DNA of 64,000 nt from Girardia tigrina (Eukaryota). Under the pieces are notes generated by a model. It had not been told where the DNA came from. It saw nothing but the letters and a program-made list of their open reading frames with translations, and did no database searches. The position numbers and the translations under genes are program-made. The stretch is taken from NCBI GenBank assembly GCA_001938485.1, contig MQRK01214315.1:19372-83371 (forward strand), read 5' to 3'. Shown here piece by piece: positions 50,128-62,120 of the stretch (position 1 is its first letter; each line of letters starts with the position of its first letter).

Positions 50128-51415
50128 TTAGGTGTACAACTAATTAATTTCGTATTTGTTACGAAATAACCTTATATTCGTATTTGTTACCTCATTTCAT
50201 ATTTGTTACCTCATTTCGAATTTGTTACTAACCTAATATCTATTTATGTAGTCAATAGTCAATTTTATTGAATTTTATTTATTTTTTTTATTACAGTCAA
50301 AATGTCAAATTACGTTCCAACAAAACAGCATTTGCGGGGAGGTTTGCTTTTGTTCTTTAATTTAAGGAAAAGTGCAACAGAAGCACATCGTTTACTCTCN
50401 NNNNNNNNNNNNNNNNNNNNNNNNNNNNNNNNNNNNNNNNNNNNNNNNNNNNNNNNNNNNNNNNNNNNNNNNNNNNNNNNNNNNNNNNNNNNNNNNNNNN
50501 NNNNNNNNNNNNNNNNNNNNNNNNNNNNNNNNNNNNNNNNNNNNNNNNNNNNNNNNNNNNNNNNNNNNNNNNNNNNNNNNNNNNNNNNNNNNNNNNNNNN
50601 NNNNNNNNNNNNNNNNNNNNNNNNNNNNNNNNNNNNNNNNNNNNNNNNNNNNNNNNNNNNNNNNNNNNNNNNNNNNNNNNNNNNNNNNNNNNNNNNNNNN
50701 NNNNNNNNNNNNNNNNNNNNNNNNNNNNNNNNNNNNNNNNNNNNNNNNNNNNNNNNNNNNNNNNNNNNNNNNNNNNNNNNNNNNNNNNNNNNNNNNNNNN
50801 NNNNNNNNNNNNNNNNNNNNNNNNNNNNNNNNNNNNNNNNNNNNNNNNNNNNNNNNNNNNNNNNNNNNNNNNNNNNNNNNNNNNNNNNNNNNNNNNNNNN
50901 NNNNNNNNNNNNNNNNNNNNNNNNNNNNNNNNNNNNNNNNNNNNNNNNNNNNNNNNNNNNNNNNNNNNNNNNNNNNNNNNNNNNNNNNNNNNNNNNNNNN
51001 NNNNNNNNNNNNNNNNNNNNNNNNNNNNNNNNNNNNNNNNNNNNNNNNNNNNNNNNNNNNNNNNNNNNNNNNNNNNNNNNNNNNNNNNNNNNNNNNNNNN
51101 NNNNNNNNNNNNNNNNNNNNNNNNNNNNNNNNNNNNNNNNNNNNNNNNNNNNNNNNNNNNNNNNNNNNNNNNCAGAATCACCTTTCTGGAATACGGTTCA
51201 CCAATGTTGAAGGTATTAAAAAATGGCTTGATGACTTTCTCGGCGCAAAAGATGAGAAGTTTTTTTTGGGATGGAATCCATAAATTGCCTGTCAGATGGA
51301 AAAACGTTGCCGCTTCCGATGGACAATATTTTTAATAAAATATTTTTTCACTTTTATACTTAAATAAATAGTTTTTTTAACAAAAAAATACGAAATTAAT
51401 TAGTTGTACACCCAA
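50128..51415 (+). mobile_element. mariner (mauritiana/Mos1-like), 1288 bp, mostly gap
   Basis: TIR TT(A/G)GGTGTACAACTAATTAATTTCGTATTT with TA TSD; N-terminus MSNYVPTKQHLR..KSATEAHRLL. Confidence 0.9.
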
Positions 51416-51459
51416 TATATCAAACTATTAAGGCCATAAGAGTTATCAAGCATTATTCT

Positions 51460-52444
51460 TTACCTAAAATTTGCAAATAATGTCCTAAAATGTAAATTAT
51501 TAAACTGCTTTGCTTTAGTTTTGATTCTGCGAATCAACTGGTCTTCAGAATCGGCAGTCCAACCCTTTTCATACACCTTCTCCTTTAAATGAGCCCAAAA
51601 CTTTTCAATTGGGCGTATTTTGGAAACACAAGGTGGATTCGAATCTTTTTTGACAAATGGAATTTTGTTATCCTCCAAGCACTTCAGACTTGCTTTGGCG
51701 TAGTGACAAGAAGCAAGATCTGGCCAGAAGATGAATTGACCAGCTGGATATTTCTCATTCAGATAAGGAAGCAAACGCTTCGTTAAGCACTCGGAGATAT
51801 AAATATCCGAATTAGAAGCTACAGATTTCCATTTCCTGATGTATAGGTTTGAAGTGCCTCGTCTGGAAACAGTTGCCCAAACCAAAACTTTTACTGTGAA
51901 TTTCTCTCGAAATTTAAGGCGAATATTATCAGGTACATCACCGAACTTCTTTTGGTCCACATAATAACCCGATGCAATTGCTCCGGTGAATGTAAAATAC
52001 GACTCATCATCAAGTAAAAAGTCGGTTTTGGTCTTTTCGATAACAATTTTAGCGAGATTTTGCAACCTGGCTTTCTGGCGAATAATCTGTGTCGGAGTAA
52101 CCTTTGGGGCTTCTTTCCTCTTTCGAAACACTATGTTATTAGTCTTGAGCATCTTATGCACNNNNNNNNNNNNNNNNNNNNNNNNNNNNNNNNNNNNNNN
52201 NNNNNNNNNNNNNNNNNNNNNNNNNNNNNNNNNNNNNNNNNNNNNNNNNNNNNNNNNNNNNNNNNNNNNNNNNNNNNNNNNNNNNNNNNNNNNNNNNNNN
52301 NNNNNNNCCGGTCTTCTCATAGCGTTGTATTATTGCATATATACCTCTTCTGGAAAAATGAATGCCAGTAAACTTTGCCACAGTCTCACTTTTACTGTGC
52401 GTTTTGAAAAAATTGATTATATCTTCATGTCGTTTTGAAATCAT
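51460..52444 (-). CDS. DD37E transposase (gap inside, otherwise open)
   Basis: ORFs 52154-52444 and 51460-52320 flank one N gap. Confidence 0.75.
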
Positions 52445-54674
52445 TATAATTGTCTATAAAATAAAACATATTAAACCAAAAATTTTAAATACCTACTTTA
52501 CTATTTCTAACCTATTAAAACAAATATTTAAATTCCAAATTTACGAAATTAAATAATATTACATTAAAAAGTTATGATGGTTTTAAAACTTGTGCACTTT
52601 TTTAGTGGACACACCTTATTACTGTAATGTGAGTCTTTCTTCCATTTTTTTTATTTCTTTACTTCCCATTGTGACTTTCGTGTGATGTATGTCCTTTTCA
52701 TTTGCCTATCTCGCATGTGATTTTTTATTTTTTTTGTTTTTTTGTTGGTCTTTTATTTCGTGTAGTTGCGTGAATTTTTATATTTTTTGTTTGTAATTGG
52801 TATTATATTTAATATATATTTAATATGGAGCCGATTGTCGATAAATAGGCCAGTTGGAATGTTTATTCCGAATTAAAAAACCAGTGGAACAGACACAAAA
52901 AGTGATGTTAATATTATAGTGAAAAGAAACCATCGCTACACGCAGGTTCAATCATCGTTTATTTAACGACAGAGAACTTTTCACTCAAAATTACTTTATG
53001 ACAGTTTGAGTTCTGGATTTTAACGAGATGAAATAAAAACCTATTTCATCCAATACGCCAGTCTGTATCTTTATGATCCGATTTAAATGAATTCTGAAGC
53101 AGAAACCAAAGAAGTTTATGCATTTAATAGTGCTCATTCTTTGACTGCATGAGCATCGTTTTACACATACATTATACTCTATCCAAATATGAGAATCCAT
53201 TTTTTGTATCCAAAACTTAGTAAATTTAAGTCACAAAAATATTATCGTGGCTCAATCATTAGCATACAGGCTCAATATATAGTGCTGTTGAATTAAGAAG
53301 AACAAAACAAAAAATATTATTCAACAAAGCTGATGAAGAGGTGGTAACAAATTATATCACGCGAAAATGAAATTAAATTTAAAACTGAAATAAAAAAAAT
53401 CCATTAATCGATTAACATAATTAATGCCATAACAATGACTAACAAGATAATCCGCGGTTTGTGTATTTATGTCGTTTCATTATTAAAAATTTGTTAGATA
53501 AGGAAGTTTAGAATTTTTTTTGACTATTGTTTTTTTTTGTATTCATACACAACTAGGTTCATCAAATATAGTTTTTTTTATTAACCTAGTTTGTTCATTG
53601 CTTTATTATTTTATTTATGGTAAAAGTATCGAATTTACTACTTATTTTCTATTTTGTTGAATTCGTTACTTTTACAATTACAATAAAACATAAATTAATT
53701 CAATTATTAAAATTTTGAAAAGCAAATAAGTTTTATCTTCATTAAATAATCAAAACTGATGTTTGATTTATTTATATTTTTTAAAAATTATTTTGGATAT
53801 TTTTTATATTTAATAAAAAACATTGGTTTTTTTCATATTTTAAATCTAATTACTTTTACTATCTAATTACTTTTTTATGTTTTTTTTAAAATTTGTTACC
53901 AGGAAACCTACAATATTTGCCTGGCAACTTCAGAAGACATAAGAAATTAAATAAAAACATACAGATTCTTAACAGATTCGAACAATTAATTTTTTTTGAG
54001 AAAGAAGAAATTATCGTTTCTAATATTCACATTTATTGTAATTTTTTTCAGTACAATTAAACTTTTATGGAACAGTGGGAGTCATTATAATACATTTTAC
54101 ATCATGAGTTTTTTACCTCTTAAATAATTTCAACAAAACTTTTAATACACTTCAAAAGCTACGACACAATTTTAAAATTTTTTTTAAAAAAAGAATTTAA
54201 TTCACCCATGAAAAGTTACTGAGCCATTATAAACGAATTAATTTTATTAGTTTTTGTAAATAAAACCTGATCTTAAATTTAGTATTTAAGTAATTCAAAA
54301 AGTTTCCTTAGATAAAAATTGCTTTGAAATCTTCTTTCTTGAAATGTCATTTGATTTTGAAAGGTTCTTAAAATTCGAATATTAAATAATTAATGTGATT
54401 ATTCAAGTGAATGATCCCCTCAGCAGGTTTGCCATCTTAAAAAGATAGAAATTCATTTATAATATCATCGCCATAATGCAACAAATATTTCTTATCCATC
54501 ATGAGTTGTCAAACTAGCATAGCTTCATTATATCTATAATAAATAATTTTATAAAATGTTTGATTTATCCTGTTAGGTATTTATATTAGGTCTTTTATTA
54601 AAATTATTTTTATAATCTGACTCTAAATGTCTTCTTGCAAAATAAATGTTCTTGCAACAATGCATTTGTAAGGT

Positions 54675-57147
54675 ATTACTCGCAGTTGGTGGGAGCTGAG
54701 TTCCAAGCGACAATGCTGGGTGTAGGAGCAGATTCATGTGACCTGATAAGACAGCTGTACAAGGACTGCTCTTCGGTGTACACATGTGACAACACGGTGA
54801 CGGAACAAATTCCGATCTTAGTGGGGGTGATGCAGGGTTGTCCACTCTCAATGTTGCTATTTAATATCGCCATAAATCCGGTCCTACTGGAACTGGACCA
54901 ACAATCTTATGGCGGTATGATAATAGCCAATCACCGTATGAGTTGCTTAGCATACGCTGATGACCTTGTGCTGCTGGCTGACAATCAGTATCACATGCAA
55001 CAAATGGTGGATAAGGCGGTTGAGTTGACCAACATAATAGGAATTAAGTTCAGACCCTCCAAATGTTCGAGAATAGCAATCCCACACAACCAGAACAACA
55101 GGATACAGATATATGGGAACGCTATTCCCGAGATCACAGAAGGCGAGTTTGTGGTATATTTGGGAGGTCACTTTTCCGAGAATATCAAGATCGCACCAAT
55201 CGAGAAGCTTGCAGAAGTAACAAGAGAAACAGTCAAGATTACAGAATCAATACTGTTTCCTTGGCAGTAACTGCAAGCTTACATGATCTACCTGCACTTC
55301 AAGCTCATATTTGCATTCAGGGTCTTTTATATTTCATACGGACCCTGGATGGCAAGAGCTACAGTCTCGATAATGTGATCAGACGGTTGCACAAGAAAGT
55401 GTTGGGACTGCAGAAGAATGCGTCAAATGCGTATCTCTATACGCCAAAAGAAAATGGGGGGGTCGGCATCAAGTCTTTACTGGATGAATACTTGATTCAA
55501 TCGCTGGCCTATAGTTTCCAAATGATTGCGTGTAGTGATATGACAACGATGGATGCTGCAGTCTTCTCCCTTCAGCGTGGAGCGACATGTCCCCGAAAGA
55601 CACGTCTCTTGTCGATTGAGGCAGCAATACGTTGGCTGAACGCTGTGACACAATCGGGGAAGATTAAGAACTGGTGGACGAAGATTAAATTCGCAATACA
55701 TAAGATAAAAGAACTGCACCAGATCTCAGTAAAGCTGGTGCAGAATGAGTGGGACATGTGCCTGCATCTCCACCAGTCACTGGTGTGGGAAAGGAAACTG
55801 CCCAATGGTGAAATAGAGATACTACGTGACGAGACAAGTGAGAATGTACTGCTCACCGCCCTCCAGAAATCCAAAGTGTCCAAGACATTGAGAAGATTAG
55901 TAGAGAAGTCTTGGACACACAAATGGAATGCTCAAAACAGCGCTGGACGATTTGCAAGAAGTTTGCAATCTACAATCAGCCTTCACAGCGCTGTTTATGG
56001 GGGGGGCCTGAACTATATTGAATGGTATTTCTACCATAAAGCGATGACCTACACAGTGCCAGTTAACTACCACCTGGTAGTACTAGAAACAATGGGCATT
56101 GTCGTAGGTGTCCGCATGAAAAAGAAACCCTTGCTCATGTACTTACAGGATGTCTGTACAGTGAAGGGTTCTGGAATTATAGGCACAACTCCGTCCTGTA
56201 TTGTATTGGGGAGCAAATAACTCAGTATTTGGACTGCAAAGTCGACATAAATGCTGAGTGTCGATATGCTCCCTCACAATACCGAGTAGATCTTCAGGTA
56301 TACATCCAAGAATCTAAGATGCTATACCTGATAGATGTCAAGTGTCCATATGACACGAAGAAGAATATGGAGAATAACAACAGGGAGAATCTCGAGCATT
56401 ACGAGGCTCTTGCTGTTGCTTGCAGGGCAGCAATGCCAGAGACGACTGTGACAGTGCTCAACCTCCAGGTAGGGTGCCTCGGGACATGGCCACTAAGGAG
56501 CACTGACATTCTTACAACTCTGAAGATCCCGCCAAAGGTGATAAGACAAATTGCAATTGGCTGCTCGGTATCCAATGTAAATTACTCAGTAGCCCAGTGG
56601 TCTTATCACCGAGATGGAATTATTCCAAGCGGGATCCAAAGAATAAGTAAGATAAAGATAGAGAAATAAGATGAACCTCAGGAGGGCATGTTGGCAATGG
56701 AAGAGACGGATTATGAACATGTCGCTCCTGAGGAAGTAGAAGAGTTTGATCAGGCCGCCCTGGATGCACTCATACAATCGTACAACTACAGAGTAGGAGT
56801 GCAACAGGGGGGAACTTATACGATTGAGGATCAAGAAAAAGATGATCCATCCGATGATGAGCTAGTCCCCAATCTATATAGGAGGAGGATTGGGGATTCA
56901 TCAGAGGATGTAGATAACTCATCATGGGAGTACGACCCAGACTCCGATGATGAGCTANNNNNNNNNNNNNNNNNNNNNNNNNNNNNNNNNNNNNNNNNNN
57001 NNNNNNNNNNNNNNNNNNNNNNNNGAGGCCGCTAGTGAAAGAACCCCTGTGGCAACCAGGGCCGGTGCAGAGGACGCCTTCGGGCCGATGCATGCGGCGA
57101 ATTTATTTATGTTCCAACCGGGCACTTTTGCTCAACGATAAAAAAAA
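54675..57147 (+). mobile_element. 5'-truncated RLE-type non-LTR retrotransposon (NeSL/Utopia/R2 group)
   Basis: GVMQGCPLSMLLFN, LAYADDL, YLG; CRRC..ETLAHVLTGC..RHN knuckle (shifted frame at ~56100); RVDL..IDVKCPYD nuclease; A-tail at 57140-57147. Confidence 0.9.
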
Positions 57148-57899
57148 CAACCTAATATCACACACTTTATTTTAAAGGAATCACAAGTATGAACAATATT
57201 AAATTCAATAATCAATCAATAATCAGAAAACTTCGAATAATACCTGAAATGAACGGTGAATGTTTAATGGTCTTTGTAGAAAACTGATTTTTGAGCATAT
57301 TGCAAATTGAAAACTGATCATTTTTATGATAAAAGAAATCAATAAATTACTTCATTTATAAGTGAAATTATTAAAAATAATCAGATGAAAATTGACATAT
57401 TTTTTAAAAATTTTTTTAAAAATATTTGAACATATTTTTATATTAATTTTCACTAAACAACATTTCAAGACTCCCACAATTAGGATACATCGATCAAAAA
57501 TTTTTATTTTATTTGTTATTGTATACTTTAAACAGAGCCTTAATGAGAGCAGGGCTTTGGAACACTTGTTTGGGGATCGAAATTTCAAAACTCCAAATAA
57601 GTTCTAAATTTTTCTCCCATCATCTTTCTGTTTCTTGTGTAATGGAACTTTCTTTATTGACTTTTCTCATAAAACTCAAATTGAAAATAATTTTTCTGCT
57701 TTTCAAGATTTAATTTCTTCAATCACCCATAACTATGCTTGCCCACATTTTGTGAACGTCGGAAAGCTAATTGCATAAGTTAAATCTCCAGGTTTCACTT
57801 CAGGATTCATAATATCAACAAGTAGAATTTATTAACTATTTAAAATCTTTTTAGATTACTTAAACAATTTAATAATCACAACTTTCCCCTCTTTTATAA

Positions 57900-60800
57900 T
57901 TCGTTATTTACTTTCTTAATCCACTCAATTCTTCGACGAATTATGTTTCCATCTTTCAGATTCTGTAGTTCCAATTGGTGTGGCGATATATTTCTTACAA
58001 TTTGGTACGGTCCATCGAATGGGAAAGTGTCCTTTCTCAGTTTTGTAGGATCTTGTTTCACAAAGACTTTCTGGTCATCCTCGAAATGTCGATTTGTTCT
58101 CTTCTCTCTCCCAATTTTCCATTCGTCTTGCCGCTTTCTCTAAATTTTCTCTTACCTTCATCTTGATCACGTTGTTCTCTTCCGTTTTAGCTATTCCAGC
58201 TGCCTCATGTAAGTTTATTTTTCTACCAAACACAACTTCGAAGGGCGAATATCCGGTCGTACTCTGAACTGTTGCATTTATACAGAATTCTATCTTCGGA
58301 ACCATTTGCCACCATGATCGTTTGTCTGTGTCTTCTCTGCTTGTTACTATCATGTCTCTCACTGTTCGAATAGTTCTTTCTGCCAACCCGTTTGATTGAT
58401 GTTGAAATGGGCTACTAAATCTTTGTTCGATTCAAAATTTCCTGCAAAAATTTTTAAATTTTCCGCCAGTAAACATTTTCCATTGTCTGTTAATATTGTT
58501 TTTGGCTTCCAATATCTATATATCCATTTTAACAAAACGCATTGAACTATGGTGTCTTCGTTTTGAGTTCTAATCTCTGTCAAAGAGACCAATTTCGAAA
58601 ACTGGTCTACCATGACCAATAGATATAGGTACATGCAATTCTTGTCACCCACATATGCGATATCCATCACGACTTAGTCTAAAAACTCGTCACTTCTTAT
58701 TGGAATGAACTTCTCTTTTGTTTTTTCACTTGGAATTTTTCTGCGTATACATTCCTGACATTCCCCTATAACGATTTGCACCTCTTTTGCTAAATCTGGT
58801 AGCATAAAATGATTTTGGATATACTTATTTGTCTTTTTGATACATACATGACATAAATCTCTGTGTATTTTCTTGATGAAATCTCTTCTAATTTGTTTCG
58901 GAACCAATGGTAACACACAATTTCCTTCTTGCCTACTCCATAACTCATTCTGATAAATTAATTGGTCCTTTAGTTCTAATAACTCCTTGGTGATTTCATT
59001 CTTTTCACACTCTGCCATCTCCTGTATTTGTTTCAACTGGTTCAACTCTGAGCACTTTTCTTGTTCGTCTTTTATCCATTGAATTGTAGACTGAATCACC
59101 ACTGTATTGATGTGTTTCACCTTTGCTTTTGTTGATTTTGGTTCTTCGTGTTTTGTTTCACATTGTGCATAAACGTCGTCGTATAGCCGTGGTAATCCAT
59201 CTGCATTTCCATGTTCGTCACCTTTTCTATACTCCAAATCAAAGCCAAAATCCGCCATGTTTGCTAACTATGTCTGGAATTGAGAAGTTATTAGTTTTGA
59301 AGTACTCTTCATATACACCAGTGCTTTATGATCAGTTCTTGCTGTAAATCGCTTACCATATAAATATTGCTTGAAATGTAACATGAACTCTTGTAAAGCT
59401 AATAGTTCCTTTCTTGTCACACAGTACCCTTTTTCATGTGTGGTTAAAGTCCTCGATGCATACGTGATTACTAATACTTTCTCTTCTGATATCTGACTAA
59501 GAACTGCTCCTATCGATCCGAATGATGCATCTGTGTCTAAAATGAACTTATTATTCGGGTTTATAAATGCTAATATTGGTGCACCACATAGCTTTTGCTT
59601 CAATTCGTTACAACTTCTGTCGCACTCGTCTGACCAAAATATTTCTTTATATTTTCCGCTACATGCACTGTGCAAAGGTGCTTCTAATTCGGCGTAATTC
59701 TTGATAAATAGTCGATAGTAGTTACACAGACCTAAAAATACTCGTAAATTTCGAGTACACTTTGAAATTGGAAAATTTTGAATTTCTGCCACTTTCAATT
59801 TATTTGTTGAGATACCTTCTTTGTTAATAGTATGTCCAAGAAATACCAGCTCCCCTACTCCAAATTTGCATTTCCCTGGATTGACTTTTAAGCCTACTTT
59901 TCTCAATCTATTCAATAGTCCTCCAATAGTCTTAAATGATCATCCATTTATTTTGAGTAAATTAAGAGATAATCTAGGTATATCATTACTCCGGAGAATA
60001 GTAAATCTTCAAATAATGAATTCATTATTCTCTGAAACGTTCCGGCTACTGTTGAAAGCCCACACGGTACACGGTTAAAACAATACTGCTGTTTTCTTGT
60101 GCAAAACGCAGTCTTTTCTTGAGAACTTTCATCCAATGCTACTTGATGGTATGCTTTGCCTAAATCTATACTGGAAAAAATTCTGGAGCCACACAGAGCA
60201 TCCACTAACATTTGACTGTCTGGCATTGGAAAGGAAACTTTCTTTGATACATCATTCAATTTTCTGAAATCTAAACAAACTCGAATACTTCCATCTTTCT
60301 TTGGCGTAATGACTAACGAGGAGTTCCATTCACTTTTACATTTCCGAATTATTCCTGCCTTTTCTAATCCTTTCAGAAATCCTTCGATTTGACTTTCTAA
60401 ATGAATCGATTTCCTTCTTGGCTTCGGAAAAATCGGTTTACCTTTTGTTTCAATTTTATGGACCACAATATCCGTAAATCCCAAATCGTATTCATGTTTC
60501 ATGAAAACATCATCATATCGTTTCACGAGGTCTTCCAATCGTTTGTTTTTCTCTTTCAGTTTCATATCTTTCTCCACTATCACAACTGACTTGGTAGTTT
60601 TTTCAAGTTTGATTGCGAATTTATGCATGACATTAACACCTCCAATGACTGCCGGTCGGATTGCTTTCACCACTAAAAAATCTACCGCATAGCACTCTTC
60701 TCTCCATTTCAACTTCACTATCATTTTCCCCAAACATTTATGGCCTTCTGAAAACACTCCATTTAGTATAATTGGACTATTTTCTAATCTCGGTTGTCCG

Positions 60801-61000
60801 ATTTCCAACCAAACCTTCTCACTTATAACTGAAACCAACGCTCCACTATCTCATAACATTAATACATTGTGATTGTTCAGCTTAACATCGCTCCACCATC
60901 TACCATCTGACCCCTCTACTATCTCTGCAATTCGATTTTTTGGATATTTTATGCCAAATCCATAGACGAATTGCTCACAATGGAGTCTCTGGCATTTAAA
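57900..61000 (-). pseudogene. pol: Gypsy pol, disrupted
   Basis: CLDFRKLN, YLDY (YLDD mutated), FILDTDASF, TDHKAL, VDQFSK, TDNG, YDGPY. Confidence 0.9.
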
Positions 61001-62120
61001 TCATCTTCATATTCATCTTTATATGATACGATATACACATTTTCTTCATTGTACACATCTTTGATGCATACTATATTAACATTCTTAATATGATTACCGT
61101 TTCTGAAACCATGTCCACTTTTTCCACAGATTAAACAACGATTATTTAAAGGACAATCTTTCCTTAAATGCCCATGTTTTCCACAGCAATAACAATCCTC
61201 TCTGGTTAAATGCTCCTCTTCTGGAGTCGGAAATCTCTTTATTTTGCAATATAACTCCCTTGCTTCGTACCAAGGTGAATGCACCGGGCGATTATATTGT
61301 TGTTTATCTTCTGACATTCTACTGGATCCTTTCTCATTACTTTTATTAAATCTTTCCGAGGGTATTTTACGTTCCGCTCTTAATATTGGTTGTCTATCAT
61401 TTGTTTCATTCAATTGAGCTGTATTTCTTTTATGTTCAGGATTCTCATGTCTTCTAACTTGATGTTTGTCTTTCTTTGCCATTTCTGCATACGATTTTTT
61501 GACGGCTAAAACATCATTTCTTTCTTCTTTTGATATGTTGTCCTCATAAATCTTAGCTTTTACTCTCAATTCGTCCACCGATATGTTAGGTTTTAAAACA
61601 AATCGATCCTTCAGAACTTGAGATTTTATCCGATTTTGCAAAAGTTCATTCAAAATTTCTCCATCACCGTGTTTCCTAAAATTTTCAATTGTTTTCCGAA
61701 CCCTTAATTCGAATGTTAAGAATCTTTCATTCTCAGCTTGACAAATTTGGCTTAGTTTGTCCAATTCTTCCAGCAGTGGTATTTTCTTTATAAATCTTTT
61801 CTGGAACCAATTTTTGGATTCTACATCTGCATTGGTTTCATACCCTCTTCTGTTTTATTCCCCAAAAGAATTTTCGCTTCGTCTATCAACAAATAGTTAC
61901 ACATTTCCGAGAATGTTAACCCAAAAAATTCTGAACATTGGCATATGTCTTTATACCATATTTGACCTTCTCCAGAATCCACTCCATTGTAGTCCTTCAT
62001 TTTCTTCTCGAGGGTTTCCTTAAAGATTGATGGCAGTTCTAGTTTAGGAAGCCCCAAAACTTTTATTGGAACACCAGCCTGGTCACCAGTTAAATCTCCA
62101 GGTTTCACTTCAGGATTCAT
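60949..62120 (-). pseudogene. gag: Gypsy gag, disrupted
   Basis: ORFs 61821-62120 and 60949-61764; CYCCGKHGHLRKDC and CLICGKSGH. Confidence 0.8.
60953..61000 (-). promoter_or_regulatory. -1 frameshift signal (T TTA AAT plus hairpin)
   Basis: Heptamer in gag phase; GCCAGA..TCCAT / ATGGA.TTTGGC stem; the -1 frame continues into the protease. Confidence 0.75.

Larger units (their letters stand above)
50004..52619 (-). mobile_element. Tc1-like DD37E (TRT-type) transposon carrying a nested mariner
   Basis: ~57-bp perfect TIR ATAAGGTGTGTCCACTAAAAAAGTGCAC..; DDESYF and WPDLASCH..RPIE with 37-aa D-E spacing. Confidence 0.9.

Noticed and set aside
52820-53300. Possible AP-endonuclease (LINE) remnant
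   Set aside because: Only vague motif resemblance, with multiple stops.
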